Notes: a model not told the origin generated them from the sequence alone. Shown: positions 18,629-29,432, counted from the stretch's first letter. The stretch is DNA of 64,000 nt from Candidatus Yanofskybacteria bacterium CG10_big_fil_rev_8_21_14_0_10_36_16 (GCA_002794035.1 PCXQ01000003.1:19451-83450); one strand, 5' to 3'. Numbers and translations: made by a program.

Positions 18629-21463
18629 ATGGAATCACAATATCAACCACAACCGCAACAAAAAGATTTTTTTACAGAGGAAGCTGAATATCAAAACAAA
18701 AACAAAGAAACAGGCAATGGCATTGCTCGTGGTTTGAGTTGGCCAAGATCGTTTGGTTATGGTGATCCATATGAACATATTGAGTGGGATGTAAGAAATG
18801 CAAAAATTGCAAAACATACAGGCGAGGTTGTTTTTGAACAAAAAAATGTGGAAGTGCCTAGTTTTTGGTCTCAGACAGCGACAGATATAGTTGCTTCTAA
18901 ATATTTTAGAGGACGACTGGATTCGCCTGAAAGAGAACGAAGTGCTCGTCAGATGGTTGATAGGGTTGTTAATACTATTTCTGATTGGGGCTGGAGGGAC
19001 GGTTATTTTGCTACACGGGAAGATAATGAAAACTTTAGACAGGATTTAAAGTATATTCTTATAAATCAATACGGTTCTTTTAACAGTCCCGTATGGTTTA
19101 ACGTAGGTGTTTATGAAAAACCACAGTGTTCAGCCTGTTTTATATTAAAAGTTGAAGATACTATGGAATCAATTCTGGAGTGGTACGAGACAGAAGGCTG
19201 GATTTTTAAGGGTGGTTCCGGTTCTGGTCTTGATATCTCAAGTTTGCGTTCTTCTAAAGAAGCATTGTCTAAGGGGGGCTATTCTTCCGGTCCTGTGTCT
19301 TTTATGAAAGGAGCTGATGGGGTTGCAAACAGTATACGCTCCGGGGGCACCACAAGAAGAGCTGCAAAAATGGTTGTTCTTAAGGTTGATCATCCAGATA
19401 TTAAATCATTCATTTATTCTAAAAAAATAATTGAGGATATGAGTAAGATGTTGGTTAAGGCTGGAGTTGAAAATTCAATTGAGGGCAATATGTTTGATCC
19501 ATACACCCTGTTGCCTTATCAAAATGCAAATAACTCAGTTAGGGTCACAGATGAGTTTATGCATGCAGTAGAAAATGATGATGATTGGGAATTGAAGGCA
19601 ATAACATCTGGAGAAATTCTTGAAACAGTTAAAGCTCGAGAAGTTATGAACTGGATTGCTGACGCAGCTTGGCATTCGGCAGATCCCGGCATGCAGTATC
19701 ATACAACTATAAACAATTGGCACACTTGTCCGAATTCCGGTCCTATAACCGCTTCAAATCCATGCAGTGAGTACATGCATATTGATAATAGTGCCTGCAA
19801 TCTAGCATCTATTAACCTGATAAAGTTTTTAAATGCCGATGGAACATTTAATGTTGATGGATATAAAAAAGTTATAGATACATTTATAACGGCCCAAGAA
19901 ATATTGGTTGGAAATTCGTCTTATCCTACTAAAAAAATAGAAAAAAATGCCCAAGATTACAGACAATTGGGTCTTGGCTATACTAACTTGGGGGCTCTTT
20001 TGATGAACATGGGCTATGCTTATGATTCAGAAGAGGGCCGAGCAGTAGGCGGAGCTGTTACATCAATACTTTCGGGACGAGCTTATTTAATGTCTTCTAA
20101 GATTGCAGCCATAGCCGGTCCTTTTGCGGGATATGAAATGAATCGCGAGCCCATGCTAAATGTTATAAAAATGCACAAAGATTCAGCAGAAGATTTGGGC
20201 AGGGATATACATGAAAGAAGTTTGCTTAGAGATTTTGAACTTTCAGGGGAATCGGTTAGGGCTTGGCATGAGGCATTAACGTACGGAGAGAAATACGGCT
20301 ACAGGAATGCTCAAGCAACAGTAATCGCTCCAACAGGTACTATCTCCTTTATGATGGATGCCGATACAACAGGAATAGAACCGGAGCTGGCTTTGGTTAA
20401 ATACAAAAAACTAGTAGGGGGCGGAATGATTAAGCTTGTGAATCGTCATGTTCCTTCAGCTCTTAAAAAACTTGGTTATTCCGATGATCAGATTCAAGAG
20501 ATATCTGATTATGTTGTTGAAAAAGATACTATTGAAGGTGCGCCGGGATTAAAATCAGAGCATTTTCCTGTTTTTGACTGTTCATTTAAAGCAGTAAATG
20601 GGCACAGAAGTATATCTCATCATGGGCACTTAAAAATGATGGCTGCCGCTCAGCCTTTCGTTTCAGGAGCTATTTCTAAAACTGTTAACTTGCCTAAAGA
20701 TGCGACTGTGGACGATATTAAGGATTGTTACATTGAGGCGTGGAAGCTTGGATTGAAGGCAGTTGCTGTTTACAGAGATGGGTGTAAGGGTGTGCAACCA
20801 ATGAGCACTTCAAAAGACGCTGATTTAGTTGAAAAAGTTAATGGATATACACGAATAAAACTTCCCGACGAGCGTCCTTCAATAACTCACAAGTTTTCAG
20901 TGGGTAATCATCAGGGTTACCTTACTGTTGGATTTTATCCGGGTACAAACAAACCTGGTGAGACATTTATAACTATGGCCAAGGAGGGAAGTACTATTTC
21001 AGGTTTGTTTGATACTATAGCTACTTTGACATCAATGTGTTTACAGTCCGGTATTCCTCTTAAAACATTAGTTAAGAAATTCCGCGGACTGAGATTTGAG
21101 CCAATGGGGGCAACAACGAATAATAATTTGCCTTTTGCAAAGTCGTTTGTTGATTATGTATTTACTTATTTAGGAATGAATTTCTTGAACGATAAAGACA
21201 GAGATGAAATTTTTGGTCCCGGTCACAATTCAGCAGGATCTTCTTTGCCAAATATGGAAAGCAATGACGAGGATGATGACAGCAAAAACAGTCTCAAAAT
21301 AAAAACAAGTAAAGATAATAAAATCATGGTCCAATTGGCTAGCATTAATATTTCCGAAGGTGATAGCGATGCGCCACTATGTGAGTGCGGGACTCTTATG
21401 GTAAAGGCTGGTTCTTGTTATTCATGTCCTAATTGTTTTTCTACTACAGGTAGTTGTCAATAA
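18629..21463 (+). CDS. nrdJ: ribonucleoside reductase class II (adenosylcobalamin-dependent), NrdJ-like, with C-terminal zinc ribbon
   Basis: NPCSEYMHIDNSACNLASINL active-site region, 944 aa, C-terminal CECG...CYSCPNC; low-complexity insert near C-terminus. Confidence 0.8.
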   Translation: MESQYQPQPQQKDFFTEEAEYQNKNKETGNGIARGLSWPRSFGYGDPYEHIEWDVRNAKIAKHTGEVVFEQKNVEVPSFWSQTATDIVASKYFRGRLDSPERERSARQMVDRVVNTISDWGWRDGYFATREDNENFRQDLKYILINQYGSFNSPVWFNVGVYEKPQCSACFILKVEDTMESILEWYETEGWIFKGGSGSGLDISSLRSSKEALSKGGYSSGPVSFMKGADGVANSIRSGGTTRRAAKMVVLKVDHPDIKSFIYSKKIIEDMSKMLVKAGVENSIEGNMFDPYTLLPYQNANNSVRVTDEFMHAVENDDDWELKAITSGEILETVKAREVMNWIADAAWHSADPGMQYHTTINNWHTCPNSGPITASNPCSEYMHIDNSACNLASINLIKFLNADGTFNVDGYKKVIDTFITAQEILVGNSSYPTKKIEKNAQDYRQLGLGYTNLGALLMNMGYAYDSEEGRAVGGAVTSILSGRAYLMSSKIAAIAGPFAGYEMNREPMLNVIKMHKDSAEDLGRDIHERSLLRDFELSGESVRAWHEALTYGEKYGYRNAQATVIAPTGTISFMMDADTTGIEPELALVKYKKLVGGGMIKLVNRHVPSALKKLGYSDDQIQEISDYVVEKDTIEGAPGLKSEHFPVFDCSFKAVNGHRSISHHGHLKMMAAAQPFVSGAISKTVNLPKDATVDDIKDCYIEAWKLGLKAVAVYRDGCKGVQPMSTSKDADLVEKVNGYTRIKLPDERPSITHKFSVGNHQGYLTVGFYPGTNKPGETFITMAKEGSTISGLFDTIATLTSMCLQSGIPLKTLVKKFRGLRFEPMGATTNNNLPFAKSFVDYVFTYLGMNFLNDKDRDEIFGPGHNSAGSSLPNMESNDEDDDSKNSLKIKTSKDNKIMVQLASINISEGDSDAPLCECGTLMVKAGSCYSCPNCFSTTGSCQ

Positions 21464-21483
21464 TCTGTATTGTTGAAATTTGA

Positions 21484-21515
21484 ACAGTCCCGCTAAGGCG
21501 GGACTGTTGTTGTTT
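21484..21515 (+). terminator. intrinsic terminator (acagtcccgc-taag-gcgggactgt + T-run)
   Basis: 10-bp stem + ttgttgttt. Confidence 0.75.
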
Positions 21516-21562
21516 AAGTGCAGGAATTTGCGGGTTAAATATTTTTTTGATACGATTTTTTA

Positions 21563-23164
21563 ATGCATAAAGCACATATTTTCTTTGCGTTTTTGTTGGC
21601 TTTTATGGGTGGGGTATTTGCCGGCTCATTTTTAGATGTTTCAAAAATTCTTGCATTATGGTTGATGTTGCCTGCGTCTATTGCTGTTTTAATTTTTTGG
21701 AAAAGGTCATGGCAAGTTGTGCTTGCCGGTTTGATGCTCATATTTTTTATTGGCGGTGTATTAAGATTTGACAAAGTTTATTCCGAAAGAAGTTTATTGG
21801 TCAACTTTAGAGAAAATGTTCCTCTTGTCCAAGGTCGTGGATATGAAGAAGCACTTTTTCTTAGGGGGTATATTGATGGTGAAGTTAATGTAAAAGAAGA
21901 CAAGCAAACTTTTGTTTTTAAAGTTAAACAAATTGAAGCTGGCGGTCGTCTTGCGCTAACTAACGAAAAAGTTTTAGTAACTACAAATTTATATCCCCAA
22001 TATGAATATGGTCAAGGTTTGGAAATTTTAGGACCTCCTCCCAAAATACCAGAAAATTTTGATGGTTTTGATTATCGTTCCTATCTTAAAAAAGACGGGA
22101 TTTTTACAGTTAGTTATTATCCCGAAATAAAACCTCTTGAGGTAATCTCGCCCTATGGGGAAACAGAGATATATAAAAATGAAAGTTTTGATTTAAAAAA
22201 CAGCTTGTCTTTTTTGGAAAAAATAAAGCTATCTTTATTTGAAAAAATATTTAAAGTTAAAAAATCATTTGAAGGCGCCATTGTCCGCTCAGTTGCAGAA
22301 CCAAATGCTTCTTACATCGGAGGCATATTGCTTGGCAGTCGTTCTCAGATTCCGAGCGATCTCGAGGACTCTTTTGCAAAAACAGGAACTACTCATATTT
22401 TGGCGATATCAGGATATAACATTACAATAATTGGTGCTGTGGTGGCAGGATTTTTCATGCTTTTTATGCGAAGAAAAAAAGCTTTCTGGCTGACCGTTCT
22501 TGGTATAATCGGGTTTGTTGTATTAACTGGAGCGCAGGCATCAGTGGTTAGAGCAGCCATTATGGGTATTTTGATTTTACTTGCAAGATCTGCCGGCCGT
22601 TTTTATAGTGTTAAAAATTCAATTGCCTTTGCTGGTGCTGTTATGGTTTTTGTAAGCCCCATGGTTTTGAAGTTTGATGTGGGTTTCCAGCTTTCTTTTA
22701 TGGCGACTTTGGGATTGGTTTATCTTGTTCCGATTCTTGAACCGTATTTTAAAAAAATACCTGGAAAGTATGCTTTAAGGGAAACAACTGTTATGACATT
22801 GTCAGCTCAGCTTATGGTTTTGCCACTTTTAATCTACTACTTCAAAAATATTTCGCTTGTATCGTTGCCGGCCAATATTTTAATTTTGCCTCTTGTGCCA
22901 CTTAACATGTTTCTCGGTTTTGTAACGGGTATTGCGGGAATGGCTTTGGAACCTCTTGGTTATTTTGTGGGTACCTTTGCTTGGGGGTTGTCTTCTGTGA
23001 TACTTGGCATTATACGTCTTTTTGCAAAATTAAATTTTGCTTCAATCCCAGCCACTCTTAATTGGGTCGGAGTTGCTGTTGGCTATGTGCTTATTGTTTG
23101 GTTTATGGTAAGCAAGCGAAGAGGCCGAAGTACGGATATTGAAATTGAAAAACACAGAGCTTAA
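21563..23164 (+). CDS. comEC: ComEC/Rec2 DNA internalisation channel, N-terminal and transmembrane competence domains (first part of split ComEC)
   Basis: Multi-TM protein with ComEC competence-domain motifs (TGTTHILAISGYNITIIG, ASVVRAAIMG); lacks C-terminal MBL domain. Confidence 0.75.
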   Translation: MHKAHIFFAFLLAFMGGVFAGSFLDVSKILALWLMLPASIAVLIFWKRSWQVVLAGLMLIFFIGGVLRFDKVYSERSLLVNFRENVPLVQGRGYEEALFLRGYIDGEVNVKEDKQTFVFKVKQIEAGGRLALTNEKVLVTTNLYPQYEYGQGLEILGPPPKIPENFDGFDYRSYLKKDGIFTVSYYPEIKPLEVISPYGETEIYKNESFDLKNSLSFLEKIKLSLFEKIFKVKKSFEGAIVRSVAEPNASYIGGILLGSRSQIPSDLEDSFAKTGTTHILAISGYNITIIGAVVAGFFMLFMRRKKAFWLTVLGIIGFVVLTGAQASVVRAAIMGILILLARSAGRFYSVKNSIAFAGAVMVFVSPMVLKFDVGFQLSFMATLGLVYLVPILEPYFKKIPGKYALRETTVMTLSAQLMVLPLLIYYFKNISLVSLPANILILPLVPLNMFLGFVTGIAGMALEPLGYFVGTFAWGLSSVILGIIRLFAKLNFASIPATLNWVGVAVGYVLIVWFMVSKRRGRSTDIEIEKHRA

Positions 23165-23297
23165 ATTAAAAATAATTTAAAAATTGAAATTTTAGTTTAT
23201 TTTTGTTATAAAATATCAATGGTTTTGAGGTTGGTAAAACCAGTTTCAAAATCAGAACAAATTTTTGTACTTTATAATTTACTAAATAGGAGGATAA

Positions 23298-23516
23298 GTG
23301 TTGCCTGTAGCCCCAAAATTGACTGTTGATCAAAAGATTAAAAAAATTCAAAAGTGGCAAAGCTGTACTTGGGTACATCATCTTACTTGTGGGAAGGACA
23401 GCAATCATGGTGATCTAACACCCAAAAAAGAAGGAGACAAAGTTGTCCTTTGTTGTCCCGATTGTGATTATGTTCAAAACAGTGTTCCCGATGTTGTTCT
23501 TGCTTCAACTCTCTAG
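23298..23516 (+). CDS. small zinc-ribbon protein (Cys/His-rich), hypothetical
   Basis: Strong SD aggaggataagtg + GTG/TTG start; HHLTCG...CCPDC; own terminator at 23529-23556. Confidence 0.5.
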   Translation: MLPVAPKLTVDQKIKKIQKWQSCTWVHHLTCGKDSNHGDLTPKKEGDKVVLCCPDCDYVQNSVPDVVLASTL

Positions 23517-23565
23517 AAAATTTTTAATAAACCGAGCCAAGCTCGGTTTTGTTTTTGGTTGAGTT

Positions 23566-24456
23566 TTGTGCTATCTAAAATTAATGCCTCAAAAAATACA
23601 CAATATGTATATTTGGATCTTAGTCATTACAGCCATTTTAACTGTCTTTTCTTTCTATGCTATATCTAAACTACCTGATGGCAAAACCCATGTCTGGTTT
23701 TTGGATGTGGGGCAGGGTGATGCGATATTTATCCAGACGCCAAAGGGCAATCAAATTTTAGTTGATGGGGGGCCGGGGAGCAGTGTCATCCAAGAGCTAG
23801 GTGCTGTAATGCCTTTTTGGGACCATACTATTGATTTAGTGGTGATGACTCATCCTGACGCGGATCACATCAATGGTTTGTTGGATGTTTTGGGAAGATA
23901 CCATGTCGCACAATCTATAGAGACGGGGATTGGGTGTGAGACGGATCAGTGTCAGTTTTGGGAAAAGCTAATTAAACAAGAAGATGCAATAAGACATTAT
24001 GTTAGTCTTGGTTATAAAATTGAATCCTCTGATGGTGTTTCGTTTGATATTTTGCATCCGTTTGAAAATCAAAATAATCAATCGGTAAGTAAAAAGAATA
24101 ATTCCTCAGTTGTTTCTAAGATGGTTTATGGCGAGAATGAGCTTTTATTAACCGGTGATATAGAAAAACAAGTTGAAAATAAATTGGCATTATCAGGCAT
24201 TGATATTAAATCTGATTTACTAAAGGTGGCTCATCATGGTTCTAAAACATCGACTACAGAGCAATTCGTTAAAACAATAAAACCTCAGCTAGCATTTATT
24301 AGTGTTGGTGCCGAAAATCGTTATGGCCACCCCACAGAGCAAACGCTTAATACCCTTGAAAATCTTGGTGTAAAGTATTATCGTACAGATATAGATGGCA
24401 GAGTTGAGCTGGTTTTAAGCGAGGATAATTATATGATTAAGAAAACTGGCAAGTAG
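23566..24456 (+). CDS. metallo-beta-lactamase domain protein, ComEC C-terminal domain encoded as separate ORF with N-terminal TM anchor
   Basis: FLDVGQGDAIFIQTP..LVDGGPG, VMTHPDADHINGL, LKVAHHGSKTS MBL motifs typical of ComEC C-domain. Confidence 0.8.
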   Translation: MCYLKLMPQKIHNMYIWILVITAILTVFSFYAISKLPDGKTHVWFLDVGQGDAIFIQTPKGNQILVDGGPGSSVIQELGAVMPFWDHTIDLVVMTHPDADHINGLLDVLGRYHVAQSIETGIGCETDQCQFWEKLIKQEDAIRHYVSLGYKIESSDGVSFDILHPFENQNNQSVSKKNNSSVVSKMVYGENELLLTGDIEKQVENKLALSGIDIKSDLLKVAHHGSKTSTTEQFVKTIKPQLAFISVGAENRYGHPTEQTLNTLENLGVKYYRTDIDGRVELVLSEDNYMIKKTGK

Positions 24457-24583
24457 TGATAGTTTTTATATAAAATTTTACAATTTTCAATCTTGTAATT
24501 TTTAGTAAATTTTCAATTTTTAAATTATTAAGCAACAGTCATTCAGTTTTTGTTTAAAAATTAAAAAATTAGAAATTAAGCGC

Positions 24584-25066
24584 ATGGCAAAATTTGATTT
24601 AAAAGAAAAAACTTTAGTGATTATGAAACCTGACGCTTTGCAGCGAAATCTTTTGGGTGAAATAATCGGACGTTTTGAACGCAAGGGGTTAAAAATTGTA
24701 GGAATGAAAATGGTTAAGCTTTCAGATGTATTATTAGACAAGCATTACGCTCACCACAAAGACAAGCCTTTCTTTGTTACGCTTAAAAGGTTTATGCAAT
24801 CAGCCCCAGTAGTCATGATGGTACTTGAAGGAATTGAAGCAGTTAAGGTTGTTCGTTTGATCGTTGGACCCACGTCTGGCCGTGAAGCCGATGCTGGTTC
24901 AATTAGAGGTGATCTTGCTATTTCTTTTCAGACGAATATAGTACATGCATCCGATTCGATTTCTACAGCCAAACAGGAAGTAAAAAGATTTTTCAAACCT
25001 AGTGAAATTTTTGATTATAAAAAAATGGATTTTGAATTTGTTTATGGTGAGGAGGAACGAGTGTGA
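24584..25066 (+). CDS. ndk: nucleoside diphosphate kinase
   Basis: NIVHASDS active-site motif; 160 aa. Confidence 0.9.
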   Translation: MAKFDLKEKTLVIMKPDALQRNLLGEIIGRFERKGLKIVGMKMVKLSDVLLDKHYAHHKDKPFFVTLKRFMQSAPVVMMVLEGIEAVKVVRLIVGPTSGREADAGSIRGDLAISFQTNIVHASDSISTAKQEVKRFFKPSEIFDYKKMDFEFVYGEEERV

Positions 25067-25389
25067 GAAAACTACCAAAACTAGTTAGAGATAAAATTAA
25101 AGACATTGCTCACGAAAGATTCAGTAGGGATTTTAAATGGCACCATGCTACAAGGCCCGAAGAGTACTGGTTGTTATTGGTTAATAAACTGGCAGAGGAA
25201 GCAAATGAGGTGAAGTATGCTTTAAGCAAGGATGAGATGCAGGAAGAACTGGCAGATTTACAAGAGGTAATAGATGCGATAATTGATTTTAAAAAATTAA
25301 GCCGTAGACAAATAAACAAAATTAAAAGAAACAAGAAGAGGCATAAGGGGGGCTTTAAAGAAGGCATTGTGTGGGATAACCCATCTTAG
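25063..25389 (+). CDS. MazG-like nucleotide pyrophosphohydrolase (small all-alpha NTP-PPase)
   Basis: KLVRDKIKDI...LAEEANEV...EELADLQEVIDAI EExxE-type motifs; overlaps ndk stop by 4 nt. Confidence 0.65.
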   Translation: MRKLPKLVRDKIKDIAHERFSRDFKWHHATRPEEYWLLLVNKLAEEANEVKYALSKDEMQEELADLQEVIDAIIDFKKLSRRQINKIKRNKKRHKGGFKEGIVWDNPS

Positions 25390-25500
25390 GTCCGAGCAAT
25401 CAAGCTCGGCCTTTTTTTAACGATAAATGAATTTATTGACTAATTAAATATTTTAAATTATAACAATGATTGTTATTTTTGCAGCTTTAAAAACAGGGGG

Positions 25501-25713
25501 TTGAGAATGCTTCGTAAGATTTTTCTTTATACAGCAGGATGTTTGATAGTTTTTTGTTTAATCGTTATTGGTTGGGGGCTTTTTTCAAATGAAACTCAAG
25601 ATGCTATCATGTTGTTTTGTTTGATAGTTGCAGGAGCTTTTATATCTGCGGAGTTGTGCTTTCCTGCTTTTCGACTTAGAAAGAGTAAGTCTAAAATGTG
25701 GGATAAGCCATAA
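25501..25713 (+). CDS. hypothetical small membrane protein (2 TM)
   Basis: 70-aa ORF with SD-like gggggttgagaATG and downstream terminator. Confidence 0.4.
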   Translation: MRMLRKIFLYTAGCLIVFCLIVIGWGLFSNETQDAIMLFCLIVAGAFISAELCFPAFRLRKSKSKMWDKP

Positions 25714-25790
25714 AATAATTATTTGCTGAGCTTGTTGTGCTCGGCTTTTATTTTTAAGAGTTTTGTGTTATCAATTGTATATAAAAGTAA

Positions 25791-27182
25791 ATGTCTCAAA
25801 AACAAATTATAAAACCAATTGTTTTAATATTGTTAGCACTAGTGCTTGGCGCTTTTGTTTATCCTGGACCTGTGAAATCAAAACTGAATTGGTGGCCTAA
25901 TTTGCCTTTCCGTTTGGGACTTGATTTAGTCGGCGGAACTCATCTTGTTTATGAAGCTGATCTTAGAGAGGTCGTTGGTGACAAAACAGAATCAATGGAG
26001 GGTATTCGAGATGTAATTGAAAGGCGGGTTAATGTATTTGGCGTATCTGAACCAATAGTTCAAGTTGAAGGTGAAAACAGGTTGGTGGTTGAATTGGCAG
26101 GTGTTAGTGATGTAAGTGAAGCTATAAAATTAATAGGCGAGACTCCCTTTTTGGAATTTAAGGAAGAACTTTCAATAGCCGAAGGAGAAAACATTTTATC
26201 TCAACTCGGGTCCATTGAAGGACTTGATCAGAGTTTATTGACTCAGGATATTGTTTGTGGGGCTACTGATCTGTCTTTGCTTTCTTTTATTATTTTAGAA
26301 AAAGGAGTTGACCCTTGTTACAAAACCACTGAGCTTACCGGCAGATATTTGGATGATGCAAGCGTTGTTTTTGACCAGTCAGGTCTTTCCGGTGTTGGAC
26401 CTCAGGTATCTTTGACTTTTGATAAAGCAGGAGGTGGCTTATTTGCAGAGCTAACTAGGGGTAATGTGGGAAGAAGGATTGCTATTTATCTTGATGGACT
26501 GCCTATTAGTGCGCCAGTGGTTCAGGATGAGATTGAAGACGGTCGTGCTGTGATTAGTGGTAATTTTACGCCTGATGAAGCTAAGCAATTGGGGCTGAGA
26601 CTTAATTCTGGTGCATTGCCTGTTCCTATTGAATTAATTTCACAACAAACGATCGGTGCATCTCTGGGTCGTGAATCGTTGAATAAAAGTTTGAAAGCAG
26701 GACTTTATGGTTTGGTGTTGGTGGCAATATTTATGATTTTGTTTTATCGGTTGCCCGGGGTAACAGCTGTTGTTGCACTCGTTATCTATTTGATAGTGAC
26801 TTTGGCCATTTATAAGACTATCCCTGTTACTTTAACTTTGGCTGGTATTGCCGGATTCATACTGTCTTTAGGAATTGCTGTTGATGCTAATATTTTAATT
26901 TTTGCAAGAATGCGAGAAGAACTAGCTGAAGGCAAGAGCCTCCAGTATTCGGTAAGTGAAGGATTCCACAGGGCTTGGAGTTCAATTAGAGATAGCCATG
27001 TTACAACAATTCTTGGTGCATTGATATTGTATGGTTTTACCACCTCATTTATAAAGGGGTTTGCCTTAACTTTGGCCATTGGTGTATTTATGAGTTTGTT
27101 TACAGCCACAATGGTAACTAGGGCATTTTTAGAATTATTTGTTAATAAAAAATTTGAAAACTGGAAATGGTTATTCAAATAA
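25791..27182 (+). CDS. secD: protein translocase subunit SecD
   Basis: LGLDLVGGTHLVYEAD periplasmic domain motif and C-terminal 6-TM SecDF domain. Confidence 0.9.
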   Translation: MSQKQIIKPIVLILLALVLGAFVYPGPVKSKLNWWPNLPFRLGLDLVGGTHLVYEADLREVVGDKTESMEGIRDVIERRVNVFGVSEPIVQVEGENRLVVELAGVSDVSEAIKLIGETPFLEFKEELSIAEGENILSQLGSIEGLDQSLLTQDIVCGATDLSLLSFIILEKGVDPCYKTTELTGRYLDDASVVFDQSGLSGVGPQVSLTFDKAGGGLFAELTRGNVGRRIAIYLDGLPISAPVVQDEIEDGRAVISGNFTPDEAKQLGLRLNSGALPVPIELISQQTIGASLGRESLNKSLKAGLYGLVLVAIFMILFYRLPGVTAVVALVIYLIVTLAIYKTIPVTLTLAGIAGFILSLGIAVDANILIFARMREELAEGKSLQYSVSEGFHRAWSSIRDSHVTTILGALILYGFTTSFIKGFALTLAIGVFMSLFTATMVTRAFLELFVNKKFENWKWLFK

Positions 27183-27198
27183 ATCCAAAACGATAGTT

Positions 27199-28080
27199 AT
27201 GAAACATATCTATAAAACAATGTTTTCTATATCAGTCCTGCTAGTTGTCTCGTCTGTCGTGGCAATTTTAGTGTGGGGTCTGCCACTAGGTGCTGATTTT
27301 AGGGGAGGCAGTGTTTTGGAAGTTGGTTTTTTACAGGAGAGGCCATCTATAAATGAAATTAAAGAATCTTTCTCTCGAGTTGAAGAATCAGGCGAACCTA
27401 ATATTAGTTATATTGATGATAATGGAGTCATAATTCGACTCGCTTCCATTGATGAGGAAAAACACCAGGAAGTATTGAGTGTTTTATCATATAATTTTGG
27501 TGAAATAACTGAAAGGCGATTTGATTCCATAGGCCCTGTTATTGGCGAGGAACTTAAAAGCAAAAGCATTACGGCCATAATATTAGTTTTGGTCTCTATT
27601 ATAATTTATATCGCACTAGTGTTTCGACGTTTATCTAACGTGTTATCTCCTTGGGTAATGGGATTTTCAGCAATTATTGCACTAGCTCACGATATCATTG
27701 TTCCAATTGGTGTATTTGCTGTTTTTGGCCGTTATTTTGGTTTTGAAATAAGTGCCATATTTGTGGCAGCTTTACTGACAATTCTTGGTTACTCTGTTTC
27801 AGACACTGTTGTAGTTTTTGATCGTGTTAGAGAAAATATTTTGCGTTTTGGATCTGGGGGTGGTTTTGCTCAAACTGTTCACAAGAGTGTTATACAAACT
27901 TTGAGTCGTTCAATAAATACAACTGTATCAACGGTGCTTGCTCTTGTCGCAATTTACTTTTTTGGGGGCCAGTCTCTTCAGTGGTTTTCCTTAGCATTAA
28001 TAATAGGAATAGTCGCTGGGTCTTATTCGTCTATATTTGTTGCTTCACCGCTTTTAGTCTGGTTGAGTAGAAAAAAATAA
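27199..28080 (+). CDS. secF: protein translocase subunit SecF
   Basis: GADFRGGSVLEV motif; ORF open from 27139 but likely starts at MKHIY after secD stop. Confidence 0.9.
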   Translation: MKHIYKTMFSISVLLVVSSVVAILVWGLPLGADFRGGSVLEVGFLQERPSINEIKESFSRVEESGEPNISYIDDNGVIIRLASIDEEKHQEVLSVLSYNFGEITERRFDSIGPVIGEELKSKSITAIILVLVSIIIYIALVFRRLSNVLSPWVMGFSAIIALAHDIIVPIGVFAVFGRYFGFEISAIFVAALLTILGYSVSDTVVVFDRVRENILRFGSGGGFAQTVHKSVIQTLSRSINTTVSTVLALVAIYFFGGQSLQWFSLALIIGIVAGSYSSIFVASPLLVWLSRKK

Positions 28081-28382
28081 ACCTAGAATAAATATTTGTA
28101 CATTTAAAAAACAGCTTTATCTTATTGATTTGGTTGTTTTTTTGTTTTGCATGCATTGATTTTTGCTGAGTTAAGCAGGAATGCTATGGGGGTCAATGAT
28201 TGGGGGTATTTACAAGTTATCCACTTCATGCCCTCTTCATTTATTGACTTATTTTTACTGTTGTGCTATGCTTGTAAAGTTATAGACAACACAGTATTTA
28301 TTATTTTTGGCAGTTTTATTGCCACGTTGTATCCTAAAAAATACAGCCATAATTAAGTCCGGAGGGGCTAAAAAATAGACAA

Positions 28383-29432
28383 ATGTCTACGTTAAATAAC
28401 AATATAAAAGGGGTCGTTTTAAAAGTTTTAAAAGTTTTAAACACAAGAAATCGGGATATAATATCTCGTCGTTTTGGTTTGAAAGACGGTAAAAGAGAAA
28501 CCCTAGAGTCAATAGGCCAGAGTTATGGTATTACTCGTGAAAGAGTAAGACAGATAGAGAATGCATCCATGAAGCAGATAAAGGGCAATTTGGAGGCTGG
28601 CCTTGCTTCTTTAGTTGAACCTTATGTTAATTTGGCCGGATCAATATTAGAGGAACATGGTGGTGTAATGAGAGAAGAAGATTTGTTCCAGAGATTTTCT
28701 GGTTTAGGAGGAAATACCCCCGTTAATGCCGCTTTGGTATTTTTCCTTGATTTAAATAGTGATTTTGTTAGAGAGGCTGATGATGAAGGATATCATCAAT
28801 TTTGGTCTTTAAATGAAGCTCAGTCCAACTCCGTAAAGAAAGCTCTTGGTTCTTTTGCCAAGGCCTTTTCTAAAAAAGGTGTTATTACAGAAAGTGAAGT
28901 TGTTAATTTTTATAACAAAAACGTTGCTGCAAAAGATACAGCCCCTAAATTTGTGGCATCTCTTCTTTCAATATCAAAACAAATAGGCAGAAATTCATTT
29001 GGTCAGGTTGGTTTAACTTCTTGGCCCGAAATAAAACCTCGTGGAGTTCGAGACATGGCTTACTTGGTTCTTAAGAGAGACAATAAGCCAAGACATTTCC
29101 GTGAAATTGCCGAATTGATCAATGATCAGCCTGGATGGGATAAGAAAGCAAATGTTCAAACAGTTCACAATGAACTTATAAAGGACAAGAGATTTGTTCT
29201 TGTTGGTAGAGGGCTTTACGCTCTTAAAGAATGGGGATTTAAAGCCGGTACTGTTAAGGATGTAATTAAAGATATTATAAAATCATCTTCAAACCCTCTT
29301 AGCAAAAATGAAATTGTAAACCAAGTTTTATCTCACAGAATGGTTAAAGAAAATACTGTTATGCTAAGTTTACAAGATCAAAAAAGTTTTACAAAAAATA
29401 ACGACGGAACATATTCTCTTCGAGAGGCATAA
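28383..29432 (+). CDS. DNA-binding protein with sigma-70 region-4-like HTH (N-term) and winged-helix/HARE-like C-terminal domain
   Basis: LESIGQSYGITRERVRQIENASMKQI resembles sigma70 r4.2; lacks sigma regions 2-3; C-term RFVLVGRGLYALKEWGF. Confidence 0.55.
   Translation: MSTLNNNIKGVVLKVLKVLNTRNRDIISRRFGLKDGKRETLESIGQSYGITRERVRQIENASMKQIKGNLEAGLASLVEPYVNLAGSILEEHGGVMREEDLFQRFSGLGGNTPVNAALVFFLDLNSDFVREADDEGYHQFWSLNEAQSNSVKKALGSFAKAFSKKGVITESEVVNFYNKNVAAKDTAPKFVASLLSISKQIGRNSFGQVGLTSWPEIKPRGVRDMAYLVLKRDNKPRHFREIAELINDQPGWDKKANVQTVHNELIKDKRFVLVGRGLYALKEWGFKAGTVKDVIKDIIKSSSNPLSKNEIVNQVLSHRMVKENTVMLSLQDQKSFTKNNDGTYSLREA

Noticed and set aside
28147-28356. 69-aa ORF between secF and the sigma-70 region 4 gene
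   Set aside because: No SD and an unremarkable hydrophobic sequence; cannot be supported.
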